A stretch of 64,000 bases of DNA from contig NC_058368.1 of assembly GCF_018350175.1 (NCBI RefSeq), positions 133,922,001 through 133,986,000 on the forward strand, written 5' to 3'. The notes beneath the pieces are model-generated. The model was not told where the DNA came from and did no database searches. It was given only the letters and a program-made list of their open reading frames with translations. This stretch comes from Felis catus (taxonomy: Eukaryota). Position numbers and translations under genes: made by a program. This document shows, in pieces, positions 1-14,036 of the stretch (position 1 is its first letter; each line of letters begins with the position of its first letter).

Positions 1-1984
1 TTTCTTCCCTAGACTATGCATCATTTATGTACTTTACTGAGTTGTTTATAGCATATGTGTTGGAAAGCTAAGTACAGTTTTTCCTCTTCTAATTAATGAG
101 GAGAGAGATATGGAGAACATAAGTTTTTCATTTCTGGGGATGCAGAGAGTCACAGACAGCCCTGAAATTTACAAATTTTCCCAACCCTGTCTGTTGAGCT
201 ATGCTTCCTCCTACTGGTAGTCATTTTCTCCCCTGTATTGGAAGACTGGGCTTAATTATGGTTTTGTGGAATTGCAGTATTTTTATACACCAGGGCTTTG
301 CCTCTAGAAATCACTAAGTCTACGCAATTCCCCCAGAAGTGAGAAAACATACACCCTGGTGTTTGTGACTTAACACTCAAATGACAGCCCGAGAGTGGAA
401 GTGGCAATTGAATTATATTGCAGATGGCTTGCATTTGGAGGAATACAGACCTTGTATAAAAGGAATTGTTTACAGTTTCAAAATTTCCTGTTTGTGCAGA
501 AAGAAATTTGATACAAACAAATGCTCATTTGGGGGTATTGCTCACTCTAGCCCACTCTGTTTTCTGGGAGGCGTCCCATTCAGCACCATAAAGTAACCAT
601 CTATCTCCTTAGTTTGAATGACTATTCATAACTCCAAAGCAGCGGCAGTTGGAAAGGTAAGTCCACTTTTGAAAGCTGGTGAGAAAGCCCACGTCTTGGT
701 AAGGTAGAACAATTGTTTAATACAGGGAGATAAGGGAAACTGTCATGCCACAAAGGATGGGGACTTGGCTTTCCAGCACTTTGGATGTGTGTATGTGTTT
801 CCACTCCGTCCAGTTCCCGCTCGCATGGTTACAAGTTCCCTGCCCACCAGCGTGTGTCTCTTCACTTGGCCTTGTGATCTTTAGACAAAAGGTAGCCAGC
901 GAAAGAGTACCAAGAGTTCCACACGCAGTCCCAAAGTGAAGGAACATCGCTAGTGATCCACCTAGCTTTGTTCCACTTTGACAGACATAAGACTCGGAAG
1001 AAATGATAGTGTGGCCACTGGCAGTTTCCTGTGGCTCCCCTGGTGCTCACTGAACCTGGTGAGTCTTCAGTAACGCTGGGCACATAGTAGCCTGCCTCTG
1101 ACTGAGCTCACATTTAAACTTCAGCATCTTTAGTGGATCATTCTTTTTGTCAAACACACACACAATTTCACGTGACCAGTTAATTAAGATCTGTTTAGAC
1201 TCACATGGATGGAACAGTGATATCAACAATAAAAGCGTGTTTGCTTTTAAAACAGAAACAGAATAGAATTGGTATTGTGGTATTAAGTTTTCTTAAAATT
1301 TCTCTATTTCACCTGTATTATCTTTGAGAATCATTGTTAGAATTGTAGGTACTGTAGGAAGCGATCAGTTGTATTCATAATAATTAAGAGTGATTGTTTC
1401 ATAAAGAAATTGACATCTCACTGTTGTCTTGATCGAAATCACTTGAGTACTAGTTCAGTAGTACTGTAAAAAGGAACTGGTAACTTGATGGATTTTTTTC
1501 CTGACCACGTATGTTTGAAAAGGACCGTGTTAAATTTGTTGATTTGGAGCCTGAGATTTGGAGCCTGAGAATCTTTTACTATAGTCTCCACAGTCTTCTC
1601 TGTGTAAAGGCATACTTGAAATTTGTGCATCTCTGATTTGTTTAAGGGCAACAAAATATACCAACTAAAGCTATCCCAGCCAGGTAGGGACTAAGTTTTG
1701 TGTGTGTTTTAATTAGCATAGAGAATGTAGAAATTCTAACCCCACAGAATTCACTGAAAAATTAGTTGCAGTACAGACACTTTTGAAGTTTTCTTAATAT
1801 CCCCTGTTTGGAAAGCCATCCTAGTTAGCAATATAAATATTTTTATATTATTTCTTGATGAGAAATGAATGGATTTATTGTGTGGCTGAGCTCCCCATCA
1901 TTGCAGGGCTCATGCAGTGCGGGCTGGCTGCATGGATGTTTGTTTGATCAGCATCAGCTCTAACGACTGGCTTCTGTGTTGCAG

Positions 1985-2214
1985 ATATGTTTGCCGTTTC
2001 TCCCCTGGGAAGTCCAATGTCCCCCCATTCCCTGTCCTCGGACCCTTCTTCTTCACGAGATTCTTCTCCCAGCCGAGATTCTTCGGGAGCTTCTGCCAGT
2101 CCACATCAGCCCATTGTGATCCACAGTTCAGGGAAAAACTACGGCTTTACCATCCGAGCCATCCGGGTGTATGTGGGAGACAGCGACATCTATACAGTGC
2201 ACCATATTGTTTGG
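1985..2214 (+). CDS. MAST4: MAST4 internal coding exon (Ser-rich segment plus N-terminal part of the PDZ domain)
   Basis: Acceptor ctgtgttgcag|AT at 1984/1985 and donor TGG|gtgaga at 2214/2215. Translates (D)[31 protein letters not shown]...[28 protein letters not shown], a MAST-family PDZ start. Confidence 0.95.
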
Positions 2215-2743
2215 GTGAGATCAACAGCCTCTCATCCTTGTTACTTTTCATTCCCAGCCAAGCTGGACAATGAATAAGTTGGCTGAGGCATATTTATAAG
2301 CAAACAGTTTTTCTGCTAAGCTGGCTTTTGGGACCTGTTTCATGCCCTTTCCCTGTATATGGTGGCATTGAATTGAGCAAAAACTAATAACTTCTCATAA
2401 TTTTGTCCAGTTTTCATATTTGATTGTCTACTTTGCATGCCAGCATGGTAGAAATTGTCCAAGATGGTCCTATTGTCACCCTTCTTTTTAATTTTTTCCT
2501 GGCCTTCTTTTATTAAAAAACAAACAAAACTAACTACCTTTCCCACTCACCTGAAATTTTGTAAGTAAGTGTCCTATTTTAGGATGCTGTCAGAAAAGGA
2601 ATAATAACCATGCCTTATTGATTTCCTCTTAGAAGCTTAGGATCATTTGCTAATTCACCCAGAATATTGTCCCAGAAGAAACAGTAGATGTTAAGGTTGC
2701 CATTTGTTGGCTGATCAATCTATACTCTTTTCTTGGACTTCAG

Positions 2744-2866
2744 AATGTTGAAGAAGGAAGTCCAGCATGCCAAGCAGGACTGAAGGCTGGGGATCTGATC
2801 ACACACATCAATGGAGAACCAGTGCATGGACTTGTCCACACGGAAGTTATAGAGCTTTTGCTAAAG
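2744..2866 (+). CDS. MAST4: MAST4 coding exon (PDZ domain core)
   Basis: ttcag|AAT...CTAAAG|gtatta; 123 nt, phase 0-0. Encodes [41 protein letters not shown]. Confidence 0.96.
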
Positions 2867-4962
2867 GTATTATCTGTTTTATGCCCATGCCACACAAGTA
2901 AAGGTCATCAGAAAGAACTGGTACCAAGAGTTCTCTCCTTAAGTTCTAGAATTCTCTATGATGCATGCATAAACAGTCTTATTACTGAGGAAGTATTCAG
3001 TGGTTTAAAGTCTGATAAAAGGTGAAGAAACAGATAATATGAATTTGCTGGTTCTATATATCATGAAAAAACATGGCCTTCTATCTGCACAATCACTTCT
3101 GAATTTAACTTCTTATTCTAAATTACGAATAACAAGAGTTCTTTTTCACTTTATGAGCCTTACATAGTAAAAGCTGTTGGTAAGTCACCTATCCTAAAGA
3201 TGGTTTTCTTCAGGGCTATTCAGCAAGTTTTATTCCAGTACAATGGAAGATGAAGTGGTATGAAAATGAGGTCAGATTTGAAGGTTCAGTCTGAGAGTTG
3301 GATTTCCTTTGAAAAATAGAAATGGAAATATATACACATACACTGTAGATGACAGAAGTAAGTAGCAATGGAGGAAGGGGTTCTAGTAATCATTAGGCCC
3401 TCACACAAATGATTTTGAACATAGAACATTTTCTGTTTTGAATGTAAGCTGAATAAAGCCCATAGAGTTAAGATCACAAGAAGCGTGAATGTGAGTGGAG
3501 AGAGAAAATCTACACTGATCCTTCAGTTCTCTTATTTGCTGTGTCACCTGCTGACGGTAGAATATAAAGTTATAGCTCCAAATATGGCTCTTGTAAAAAC
3601 AAAGACGAATTTGTACTTGATTTTAAATTTGTTCAGAAAAAAGAAGTCAGTGATCAGAAATAGAGTCTCTAGTTGTAAGATTATTTTACAAATCAGCAGA
3701 TTTATGGATGATCTCTTGCTTTTTGGGCACTGAGAGGGGCTGTAAGGGAGTTGTACACAGAGAGGTATGAGCCATGGTTTCAGATAAACTATAGTGTGTT
3801 GAGAGACAGAACATAAATATGTACCTGCCATTTAGATAATGTACATGCAGACTCTTTTCAGAGCCCTCGCACTGAGCCCAGTGCCATAGTACATATTAAT
3901 AACACAGGAATGAAGGTATAGTCCTTGCCTTTGAGAAATATGGGAGATATAGGAGATGTATGGAAGCAGATGAAGTTTAACTTAGGACTGTCGCAGAGGG
4001 AGGAATGTTATACTTTTGGAGAGAATATTCTATGAGTGGGGAGAGACATCACAGAGAAATTTCATTGAATTGAAACAGGAAAGAAAATTAGAAATTTAGA
4101 AGGCACTACAAAGAAGTGGGTGTGCTAAGCCTTCCAAAAATAAGTGCAGTTAAATGACTTTTCTCCTTTTCTGTCATTCCCCAAGCTAATATGAGCGTAT
4201 TCTTCAAAAGATTAGGGTTGGCTTAGGTTCTGAGAGTAGTAATAGCAGGCATACTCAGAGGTCCATTGCGAAGTAGCAGGTTGTAGGAAAGTTATTGCCA
4301 TTGATTAATTCACATTATTAATTAAATTTTGGTCTTGGGCTCAAAACCAAAGTCTGTAGGGGGTGGCGCCTGACTTTGCTGTCATTCATACCTACCGGTT
4401 GATGATGCAGGGGACATCTTCCCATGTAGTTCCAGCATTTACCCGATACCTGGGATATACAGGTGGGTACGCAATAAATGTTCATGGAATTGAGGTGAAT
4501 GCTGGGGTCCTCTTTTGCTTTCTTTCCAAAAGTTACCATGGAGGGGGTCAAATACCCCACTTCTACTTTTGTTGGTCTTGACTCATGTCTTAATATGCAG
4601 GCCGTTCAGTTTGTCAGCTTGAAAGGGCTGGGGTTAGTCTATACTTTCAAGTATGGCTATTGAACAGAAAGAGTTGACACTGTGGGTACAACCTGAGGTT
4701 TTCAGTTTAGATCACCATCTGTCCCTGGTAATATTCTTTGTCCACCTGGTATGCAACAACTCTCTCATAGTAAGAATCCAAGAAATGGGAGGCAGGACAT
4801 TGGGATCCCTTGTCTGTGAAAGTCGCCTGATGGGACTTCGGGCTTTGCAAGACAAAATTCTGGACGGGATATAAAGACTCATGAGTCTGACCAGCAGATT
4901 CTCTCACAGTACCTGCTCCTATGGTCCAGGGGTGCCCCATTGCTGGCTCACAGATAGACCCC

Positions 4963-5173
4963 TTTGTTGTTGTTGTTGTTGTTGTTGTTTTAAGTTTATT
5001 CACTTATTCTGAGAGAGCATGAGATCTGGGGAGGGCCAGAGAGAGAGGCAGAGAGTGTCCTGTGCTGACAGCATGGAGCCTCACACAGGGCTTGAAACTA
5101 CAGACCATGAGATGATGACCTGAATCGAAACCAAGAGTCGGATGCTTAACTGGCTGAACCACCCAGGTGCCCC
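4963..5173 (-). mobile_element. CanSINE (tRNA-derived carnivore SINE) with (TTG)n-converted tail
   Basis: The minus strand begins GGGGCACCTGGGTGGTTCAG; A/B boxes, CT-rich linker, A-rich tail. Confidence 0.9.
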
Positions 5174-6187
5174 TTGACCTTTTGTGAGTAAGAGTCCAGG
5201 AAGGTTGTTTTGGATTTTTCCCTCCCTCTGTCTTCATATCCAATACACATGCCTTAGGCTTCTCCGAAGTAGGTTAGGCTCCTCTGAAGTAGGCAGACAG
5301 AAGTGTTGTTTGTCTCTAAAATGCTCCTTGATCTGTTCTAGGAGCTCACCCTTTCTTTTGGATAATAAGTCTGTGTATTACAGTGAGCTTTTCTTAGTTG
5401 TTATTCATCCTGCTAGAGCTTTTTCCAGTCTTCGCATTAGCATTTAAAAGAAGGTCAAGGGATTTTCATTGGTAACATCAGCTTGGCTCTCTACCTTCTT
5501 TGTAACAGTATTATGTGACATGCAACATCGCTTCATCCACAGCCTATCTTCCTATCACTTCCTGGTTCTGCTCACAAAATCAGAAGAAGAAATAATAAAC
5601 TGAAGTGTATATATCTTTAGAAAATAGGCATTTGTTTATCTTGCTGAGACATTTGGTTATTTCCATAATTTATTTTATGGAGTGTTAGATATGATCGTGG
5701 ATTTTAAAGCCTGCTTCTGTGAAATTTGCATGTATATTTCTCCTGAAGGTGTCTGGCAAAGTGTCTTAGCCAAATCCAATCCCATTCATACAGTTTTGTC
5801 CTCCTCTGGTTGGGGAGCACCTTGATTCCTGGATGTAGTCAGTGTGTCTCTGAAACTGTGTAAACAAGCCGTATTGGAGAGCCTTGGCACCCTCCAGAGC
5901 CATGGCCTGCTCTGTCGCAGAGCCAAGCAGAGGGTCCTGCCTCTGCTTCATAAAGGAAGCACTCGAGAGGAGCGACCAATGTAATGAAACAAAAAGGATA
6001 CGAGGGATTTAATTATCTTTCCAGTGAACTGTGTAATTATGCAGCTTTCTTCCAAATTTAAACAGCGGGTCTTGGACAGCGTGTAAAGGGAGTAGGATCA
6101 ACACTGGGCATCCTCGTGACATCACTCATGGAACATCAGGGTAGTGGCTATATTTTGGTATTCTCGGGTACTGTTTACTTGATGTTC

Positions 6188-6418
6188 TTTTTTTTTTTTT
6201 TTTTTTAATGTTTATTTATTTTTGAGAGAGGGCGAGCAAGCATGAGCACACAAGCAGGGCAGGGGCAGAGAGAGAGTGAGGAAGACACAGAATCCGAAGC
6301 AGGCTCCAGGCTTTGACCTGTCAGCACAGAGCCCAACGTTGGGCTCAAACTACAAACTGTGAGATCGTGACCTGAGCTGAAGTCAGACGCTCAACCGACT
6401 GATACACCCAAGCACCCC
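6188..6418 (-). mobile_element. CanSINE
   Basis: Poly-T/tttatttatt tail, gagagag linker, 'gacacagaatccgaagcaggctccagg...aagcacccc'. Confidence 0.92.
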
Positions 6419-7229
6419 TCTTGATTTCATGTTCTATACTTGCGAACTACTTCATGAAATGTCATGGCACCTTAGGAAAAAGGTGGAAGAGCCATCGCTT
6501 GAGGCTGCTATATATCTGTTTAGAAGTTCGTATGCAGTACAATATCTTTCAGATTGCAAACGGAGTAAGCATTTTCCACATTTGACGTCTTCACATGTGG
6601 TCTCGTTTAATCTCACACCTTCCAAGCAGACCTGCTATGGGAGCACTAACTCATATCCACAGGGAAACTTGTCCAAAGTCACTTCTCATCATAGATCTAT
6701 GGAATTACAGAATCAGTGTGTTTCTCCAGTTCACTTCTCCATTGGCTCTGTGAATCCCTTCCCGCGTGCTCCTTCAGCTTTGCCTCACACTGGTCCTGCC
6801 GCAAGGAAGTAATCCCCTCCTTTCTGCTTTTGGGTAGCTTTCTAAAAGAACTTTAGAAGAGCAGTGAAATCTCTGTGCACTCACTGCAGCGATGGACGGA
6901 GTCCGTACTGACGCACATGATAACATGCCCGGCTTAACCTCCCTAATCTGGGAAACTCTCAAGTAAACCAGATTGCTTTTTGGGGATAGTATTTGTTTAA
7001 ATACCCAGCACATAAAAGCAGCCCTAAAACTTCATTAGTCCCTGCTTCAAGAATTTCCTTTCTATGAACTCTGGGGAGCCTTTAGATGTGAAAATGGAGG
7101 CCATCAAATAGTGTCCTTATGACCATCCTTACATATTCGCCACATCCTAAAAACGTGCAGAGCATTGTGTTAGATACTGAAGGGTCAGTCGCACAAGAGA
7201 CAACACATAAGAATATTAGGTAATAGTGC

Positions 7230-7410
7230 TTTATGTAGCTGAACCCCTATAATCCTCACTTGCTCTGAAGCAGGTCCTGTAAACAACATTGTTCCCATTT
7301 TACGGATGAAGAAATTAAAGCAGCAGAAATTTAACAAAGCAGCCCAAGGCTACCCGCTAGGAAGGAGCAGAAAAGAGGATTTGCACCCCACAGTGTGGCT
7401 TTGGAGCCCG
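7230..7410 (-). mobile_element. MIR
   Basis: cccattttacggatgaagaaatt...cccaaggcta...ggatttgcacccc. Confidence 0.6.
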
Positions 7411-8709
7411 TGCTTGGCATGAGTCCACCAGAGTACGTGGAAAACCAGTGGCGGAACCAAGTCTACAAAGTGTTAAACATAAGGAGCCGACTATAAATCT
7501 AGCCCACATTCTGAAGGAGAGATGGCTTTCCAGGGGGGATGAAACAGGGGTTATCTGTTCAGGGCTGTGAAGGATGGGTGGAGAGTTAGTGTATGGGAAG
7601 GGAGTGCAGGGTGGGCTCAGCAGAACGAAGAGGGTGTGTGCAAATGCAAGGCCAAGAAAGCTCAGAGTGCTTGAGGTACACAAATCGAGTGACCGGAGCC
7701 TGGGTTTGTATATGGGATGGAGTGTGCAGGCTGGCTGGGGCTGGATTGTGGAGGATGAGAGTCACAGCAAAGACCTAGGCCTGCAGAAAGCGTGACATTC
7801 CCCATGTGCATGTCACAGAGAAAGGAATGTAAAAATAGTCTATCCAAGGCCAACTGAGAAGTTAACCTGGAGCCAGACTGAGGGGAAGAGATGGTTAGCC
7901 TGCCATTGTATTCGGTTCAGCCAGCTTAAAATAATTTCCCTCGCACTGTGCACAGTTATACCAACAGTTTACAGTAAAAGTGAACAAATTGAACATTTAA
8001 CAATCCGCCGGCACCATTTTTTGCTGTTGTTTTTTTAAACAAGTGCCACAGAATTTCTCTTACAAGAGTTCGCTCCTTCAGAAGAATGTATTGAGGATAA
8101 ATTGACCCAGTAAGACACATTGCACTGAGTTCAGGCAGCACTCCATGTAGCCGATGGATCCACCAGGTGGCAGGCTTTACGATTCTCACCCTATTGTGGA
8201 TTAAGTTGTCTTTCCCATCATTTACCATTTGCATGATCGTTAATGCTCCCAGTGAAATATTTGCACTCTGCATCTTGAGTGTCTGTAGTTCCTCCTTAGG
8301 GAAGTTTTCTGAGTGTATAGGTCAAGCAAACTGTCCTCTGCCATATATAGAAACAAGAAAGAGAAAACTGGGTTTGGTTTTTAATAGGGGAAGGGAACAT
8401 TTGTACAGAACGCAGTGATGTGCTCTGATTTAAAAACCCTGGCTGTAACTTTTCTGATGAGATTTGTTCATCATTTATTTTTATTTCATACAACGTTTAT
8501 GCTATTTTTATATGTCTTCCATTTCTTCTTGACAGTCTGATGCATCGATCATTCCCTATATTGTCCAGAGCCTGGTTCCTTCGCCACCACCCGTTAGGTC
8601 TAAGCCATCTACTCTGCCAGGGGCAGGAAAGGTGGAGGATGATCAGGCCACAACATGCCTGTGAGGAGCAGACAGTGGGGGTGAGGGGCAGAGAGCCAGG
8701 TGTGGGCTC

Positions 8710-8830
8710 TTAAGACGGGCTCTGTGACCCTGAGAAAGAAGGAAACTCAGCATCCCTGAATCTGTTTTCCTCATCTATAATGAAGGGTAACAATCCATTC
8801 GCACCTCCTAAGGTTGTATTAGAAAAAAAA
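8710..8830 (+). mobile_element. MIR
   Basis: ctgtgaccctga...ctgttttcctcatctataatg...ggttgtatt. Confidence 0.55.
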
Positions 8831-9779
8831 AAGACAAAAGCAAAACAAAACAGCCCTCATAATTTGGTGGTGAAAATAAAGTGACAGAATATATGGAAAT
8901 AATGCTTTAATGCTCAAAATGTGCTTTAAAAAGGCTGAATGGCCTTGTTAGCCTCTTACAGATAAAGATAGAAAAACCAGTGGGGACTTATGCTAGAAAG
9001 GGTGGAATTAGATTCAGGCTCAGTGACGTGCACAGTGGGACAGCCCCAGTGGACACATGATGGCTGTCTGTGTCTACTCTGCGTATGAATGTGGAAAAGG
9101 ATTGAAAGAATTGCAGGGAAAGATGAACTCCAGCCATATTTGTTACTTTTTCATTCACTTAAGGCATATAGGAGAAACTGAAAGTGTAGTATGGCCTCCC
9201 TCAATTTGTGCAGAGAAGATCTCCTTCCACACAACCTCCGTTCATAGGCCTTTCATGCTTTTAAGCTGAATGTTCTGTTTAAACAAGAAATAGAATCAAT
9301 CTTTGTCAGATAAGGGTTTATTTTCGAACTTTTGGCATTTGCATATAGAATGTACAGTTTGTTCTTGCAGAATATTTTTTTTCTTTTGTTCCAGTTCAAA
9401 TCTTATTTTTTTTTTTTACAATTAACGACATTAGGTGTGAGATTACATGTTCTTAAATACACACACACAAAAAAAACCCTCTAAAATCATTCATAAAATA
9501 CTAAACTTACTGACACGAAAGTGGATGTAAGACATGAACAGGTCATTTCCTAAAAAAAAATAGGAATGACCAAAATAAATGAGACAATGTCGAAGAATGA
9601 AGATTAAAACTCGTTGCAGTTTATTCGTATAAAATTGGTTATGTGTTTAACATTAATACTCAGTTCTGACAAACCTGTGGTAAGAAAAGTCTTTATGTGC
9701 TGCCAGCAAAAGTGTGTATTGACATAAACTTTCTGGAAAATAGTGTATTAGTATATACTAAGAGTCTTTAAGAGGTTTA

Positions 9780-10020
9780 GGGCACCTGGATGGCTCAGTC
9801 CGTTGAGTGTCCAACTCTTGATAGCAGCTCAGGCATGATCCCAGAGTCATGGGATTGAACCCTACATTAGGTTCTGCACTGGGTGTGGAGCCTGCTTGGA
9901 ATTCTCTGTCTCTGTCTCTCACTGTCTCTCTTTCTTTCTGTCTTTCTCTCCCTCTCCCCGCCCACACCGCCCCTCTTTCCCTTTCATGCACTTTCTCTCA
10001 CTAAAGTAAAAAATTAAAAA
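9780..10020 (+). mobile_element. CanSINE (older subfamily)
   Basis: gggcacctggatggctcagtccgttgag..., CT-rich linker, A tail. Confidence 0.9.
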
Positions 10021-10211
10021 GTTTGGATAGACCCTTTGATTCACATATGTAATCTAAGGGAAATGACAGAGACTAGGACAGTGATTTATGGAGGATGATA
10101 TTTATGGCAAGTCTTAAAAGAACTGAAACGTAGGAAATAATAGCAGTAGGAAAATAGTTGAATTTTGATTCACCCATCTCATGGAATATTATACAGCAAA
10201 TAAAAATTAAG

Positions 10212-10426
10212 TTTTTTAAAAATTGTTAATGTTTTTGAGAGAGAGAGAGAGCACTAATGGTTGGGGGGGAGGGGGTGGGGAGAGAGGAAAACACAAAACC
10301 TGAAGCAGGCTCCATGCTCCGATCTGTCAGCACAGAGCCCTGCATGGGCCTTGAACCCACAAACTATGAGAACATGACCTGAGCCAAAGTTGGATGCTTA
10401 ACCAACTGAGCTACCCTGATGCCCCC
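10212..10426 (-). mobile_element. CanSINE
   Basis: ...gaagcaggctcc...gcttaaccaactgagctaccctgatgccccc. Confidence 0.88.
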
Positions 10427-11785
10427 AAAATTATGTTCTTAATGACTATTCAGTGATGTGGGGAAGGTTTTTCAAGTTCTATAATGAGAAATGGAAAAAC
10501 AACATAAAACTAAATATTAGATTAATTAAGATTAAAGTTGTTGACAACGTATGTCTGTGTGTATGCGTAATTCATACATGCCTAAAAAAAGATTAGGAAA
10601 TATACGGAAGTATTACCAGTGTTAGCTGGCAATAAGTTTCTCAATGATTTTTATTTTTACTTATACTTTACAATTTCTTCTTATAATGTCGTGTATTACT
10701 TCCCAAATTGGAGCAGCAGGAGCTGGTGGTGGGGGTAGATGTTAACATTAAAACAATCAATCCCCATTGGTTTGGTCCCTGCCCCCACCATACTTAATTC
10801 TCCATCTCTTAGTACCACTTACAGCTGAATTGCTAGGCGTTTTGGGGGCATAGACCTTTTAAAAGACCCTGCTCCTTATACTTCTTATCTTTTTGAGGTA
10901 ATCAGGGCCATCTGTGACTTTGAAAGGACATGTTTTTCCCCTGGTTATTAAGAAATTCAAGAAGAAGTCATTAATGCTGGAGCAAAGGGGATCAGTTCTA
11001 CCATCTGCCCAGGGTGCCCCTCAGCCTAGCTTCTGACTCCACTCTTCTGTCGACCCCCAGGGCCTGCCCGGCAAGCCCTGTCCCAGCACTGAGTGAAAGT
11101 CCCAGAATTCTACCAGGAGTTACCTCCCCATACATGACCTGGTTAAAGAAAGGCTGTTTTGTACTCGCTGGCGTAAACTTCCCAGCTCTGCAAGCTGACA
11201 GGTTCTATGGTGCCAGCAAAGGAATCTTTTAAAATAATTAAAAATAAAAGTCTCATTCAGTTTTGCTGGTCTATGATTTCTCGGTCAAAGGAAAAACACA
11301 AAAAGGAGAAAAAAGAAAAATAAATCAACCAACAACAGACAGCCCCTGGGCTCATTTATACTTACTACATATGGATGAAGATCACTGTTGTTTATAGAGT
11401 CCTTTGCCTGTGTCATACTTGGTGCTGCAGGCTTTACAAACTCCATCCCGGGTAATGCACACACGAGCCCCTGTGAGATACGTGTGATTCTACTGCTGGA
11501 TAGTGCACGTGTTTGAGGCACAGAGAGGAGAAGCAACCTGCTCAGGGCGTAGAACTTGGATTGAACTCACGTCTGTGGAGTCCAGAGCCTGCCCTCTCAA
11601 AGAAACCGGACATTTTGCCTTCGTGTTCTGTCAGGGTGCCACTGCTTAAAAGGCTATTTAGACATGGAAGGCTCTTGCATGTATGTCCTTATGTATCTTT
11701 ATTTGTTTTTGAACGTGCTTTCCCACTTCTGATCCTGTGTGCTCCCAGATTTTCCCTTTAATAGCACCCCCTTTTTTTTTTATAG

Positions 11786-11922
11786 AGTGGAAATAAGGTC
11801 TCAATCACCACCACCCCATTTGAAAACACATCCATCAAAACGGGACCAGCCAGGAGAAACAGCTGTAAGAGCCGGATGGTGAGGCGGAGCAAGAAATCGA
11901 AGAAGAAAGAAAGTCTAGAAAG
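11786..11922 (+). CDS. MAST4: MAST4 coding exon (end of PDZ plus basic segment)
   Basis: ttttttttatag|AGT...GAAAG|gttagt; 137 nt, phase 0-2. Encodes [45 protein letters not shown](R). Confidence 0.95.
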
Positions 11923-13854
11923 GTTAGTTAAAGCAGGATTTTCGTGGGGTTTTAATATGCCCGTGTTGGACGAAAGTTACTCCCCAATTTAAACAATTAT
12001 ATATGGGAAAGACTCATTTTTCTGTGAGAAATTTGGTGCTGTGGTTCAAATATTAATACATTAAAGTTCACATTCACAACAGCATTTTTCACAGTGAAAA
12101 GATTTCCATAGTTAGATCGCAGAAGAATTCAGATCACATTTTTTTTTTTCCTGTATGAGTACCATGACCAGTGTTTTGCTGTTTGTTGGATTTCAGGTGA
12201 GTTGAATGTGAGGCCCCAGACCTTCAGGCAGTTTTTAGCATTAAATGTACACTCAGTAATGTCTTTTACATTATCTCAGAACAAACGATTGCTTTTTTTT
12301 TTTAACAATTGCTGTTTTTTTAAATGCCAGATACTCTAAAATAACTATATCTAAAAAGCATCCACATAAGCTTAAAAATAAAGGTTTTTGTTTTACTGAC
12401 TGCAGATGTAACTGGCTTACACATTTGCGATCTGGGAGGCGCTGTGAGTCCTCTCTGCAGACGTCGGCAAGATGCATGTGTGTGTGTTTCTAGTGGGGAC
12501 ATTTCTTGCCAGGCACCTGTCTGGATGGGCTCCCCATGTGACACCACAGCAGCATCCCCGTTTGGCCCGCTTGGATCTAATGTGTCTGATTGTAGTAAGA
12601 GGGGTTTTGATGACAGAAATGTGGAGAAAGAAGCAAATGAAAAAGGGGTGCTTATTCACTCCAGGAAAGACAAAGTCCTGCAAGAAAGGAAATGGAATGA
12701 TGCTTCGCATGGCTTAGCTGTGAACAGTGTTTAGAATATAAAAGAAAAGCTCCGCCTCTTTTCTAACTGAAAGTTTTGTTTTAGCTCTAGAGGGAGGCGT
12801 AGAAAAGGGGGAAGTGTATTTGGTCAGAAGGTGGAAGGGGGTTGTGTAAGAGCCTAACTCTCATCTTCTGTCCTAGGAAATCAGTAGATCGTTTCTAAAA
12901 TTGAAAAACGAAAACTTAACGAGATTACTTAGCAGTATGCAGACAAATAGGAGAAGTAGCTAAAGGAGTAGAAAGCGGTTTCTCTGGGGAGTGGGCCAAG
13001 GGCCGAGCAGGGGAGTTGCTGTCTGTCATTAGGAGCTTGATAAAATGATTTCATTGTTTAACCCAAGTACATTTATTGCATTTATTAAACTCAAATAAAA
13101 CACACACACGAATTCTGAGATGCAGTCTTTTGTATTAATGACTGATTCATACACTTTTCTTAAAGTGTGCTTTAGATTTTGATTGTGCTTTAAGTTAAAC
13201 AGAACACACTGTTTCAAAGGGGTGTAGCAGCATGTAAACCTTTGCTTAAGCTCACTGGCGGGGAGTGAGGCTTGCCTGACCTTAAAGGTGAAAGAGCTCT
13301 CTACAGCCACGTGTACTTCTAAGTCACCAGAAGCTTTTTTTCCCCCCTTTAAGATATGCTTGTTGAGCACTAAATACTCATTTGCTTCTGCTGCAGCTAT
13401 ATAGTGTGTGGTGCCCTGCTGATATGATAAGCTTCAGTTCACCTTTGTCGCTTTTTCTATGTAAATGTACCGCCTACGTGGTCATTAGGAATATTCAAGA
13501 GCCCACAGTGGAATAAGCACAGCAAACAGCTGTGGGTACAAAACACCCTCCTCATAACCCTGACAGATAAATAAATGAATATATATTTCCTATGTTTTCT
13601 ATTCTTCCTATTTTGTCGCTTCTTCTTAAAGTATTCGGAATTAAGAGAACTTCCGTTGTACGTTAGCAAAGACCCTTCTTTTCTGAGTCATAAGGTTTTT
13701 AATATGGGAGTGGGAACCTACACCTTAGTGTGGGGTCTGACACCGTGTCGCTGTGCTGGCACAGAGGTGTGAAACTGAGCACACCCATATTGTGGGGGAG
13801 ACAGAGGGGCCCTCTATGTAGAATCTGATTCCTTTGTTTTTGTTTCCACTCTAG

Positions 13855-14036
13855 GAGGAGATCCCTTTTTAAAAAACTAGCCAAGCAGCCTTCTCCTTTA
13901 CTCCACACCAGCCGAAGCTTCTCCTGTTTGAACCGGTCCCTTTCATCAGGGGAGAGCCTCCCAGGCTCCCCAACGCACAGCTTGTCTCCCCGCTCCCCGA
14001 CGCCCAGCTATCGCTCCACCCCTGACTTCCCATCAG
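13855..14036 (+). CDS. MAST4: MAST4 penultimate coding exon
   Basis: ccactctag|G AGG AGA...TCA G|gtgagt; 182 nt, phase 2-1. Encodes [60 protein letters not shown]; phases match both neighbouring exons. Confidence 0.95.

Noticed and set aside
1541..1570. 14-bp tandem duplication gatttggagcctga x2 (a similar 13-bp duplication lies at 51221-51246)
   Set aside because: Two-copy micro-duplications with no spacers; ordinary slippage, not an array.
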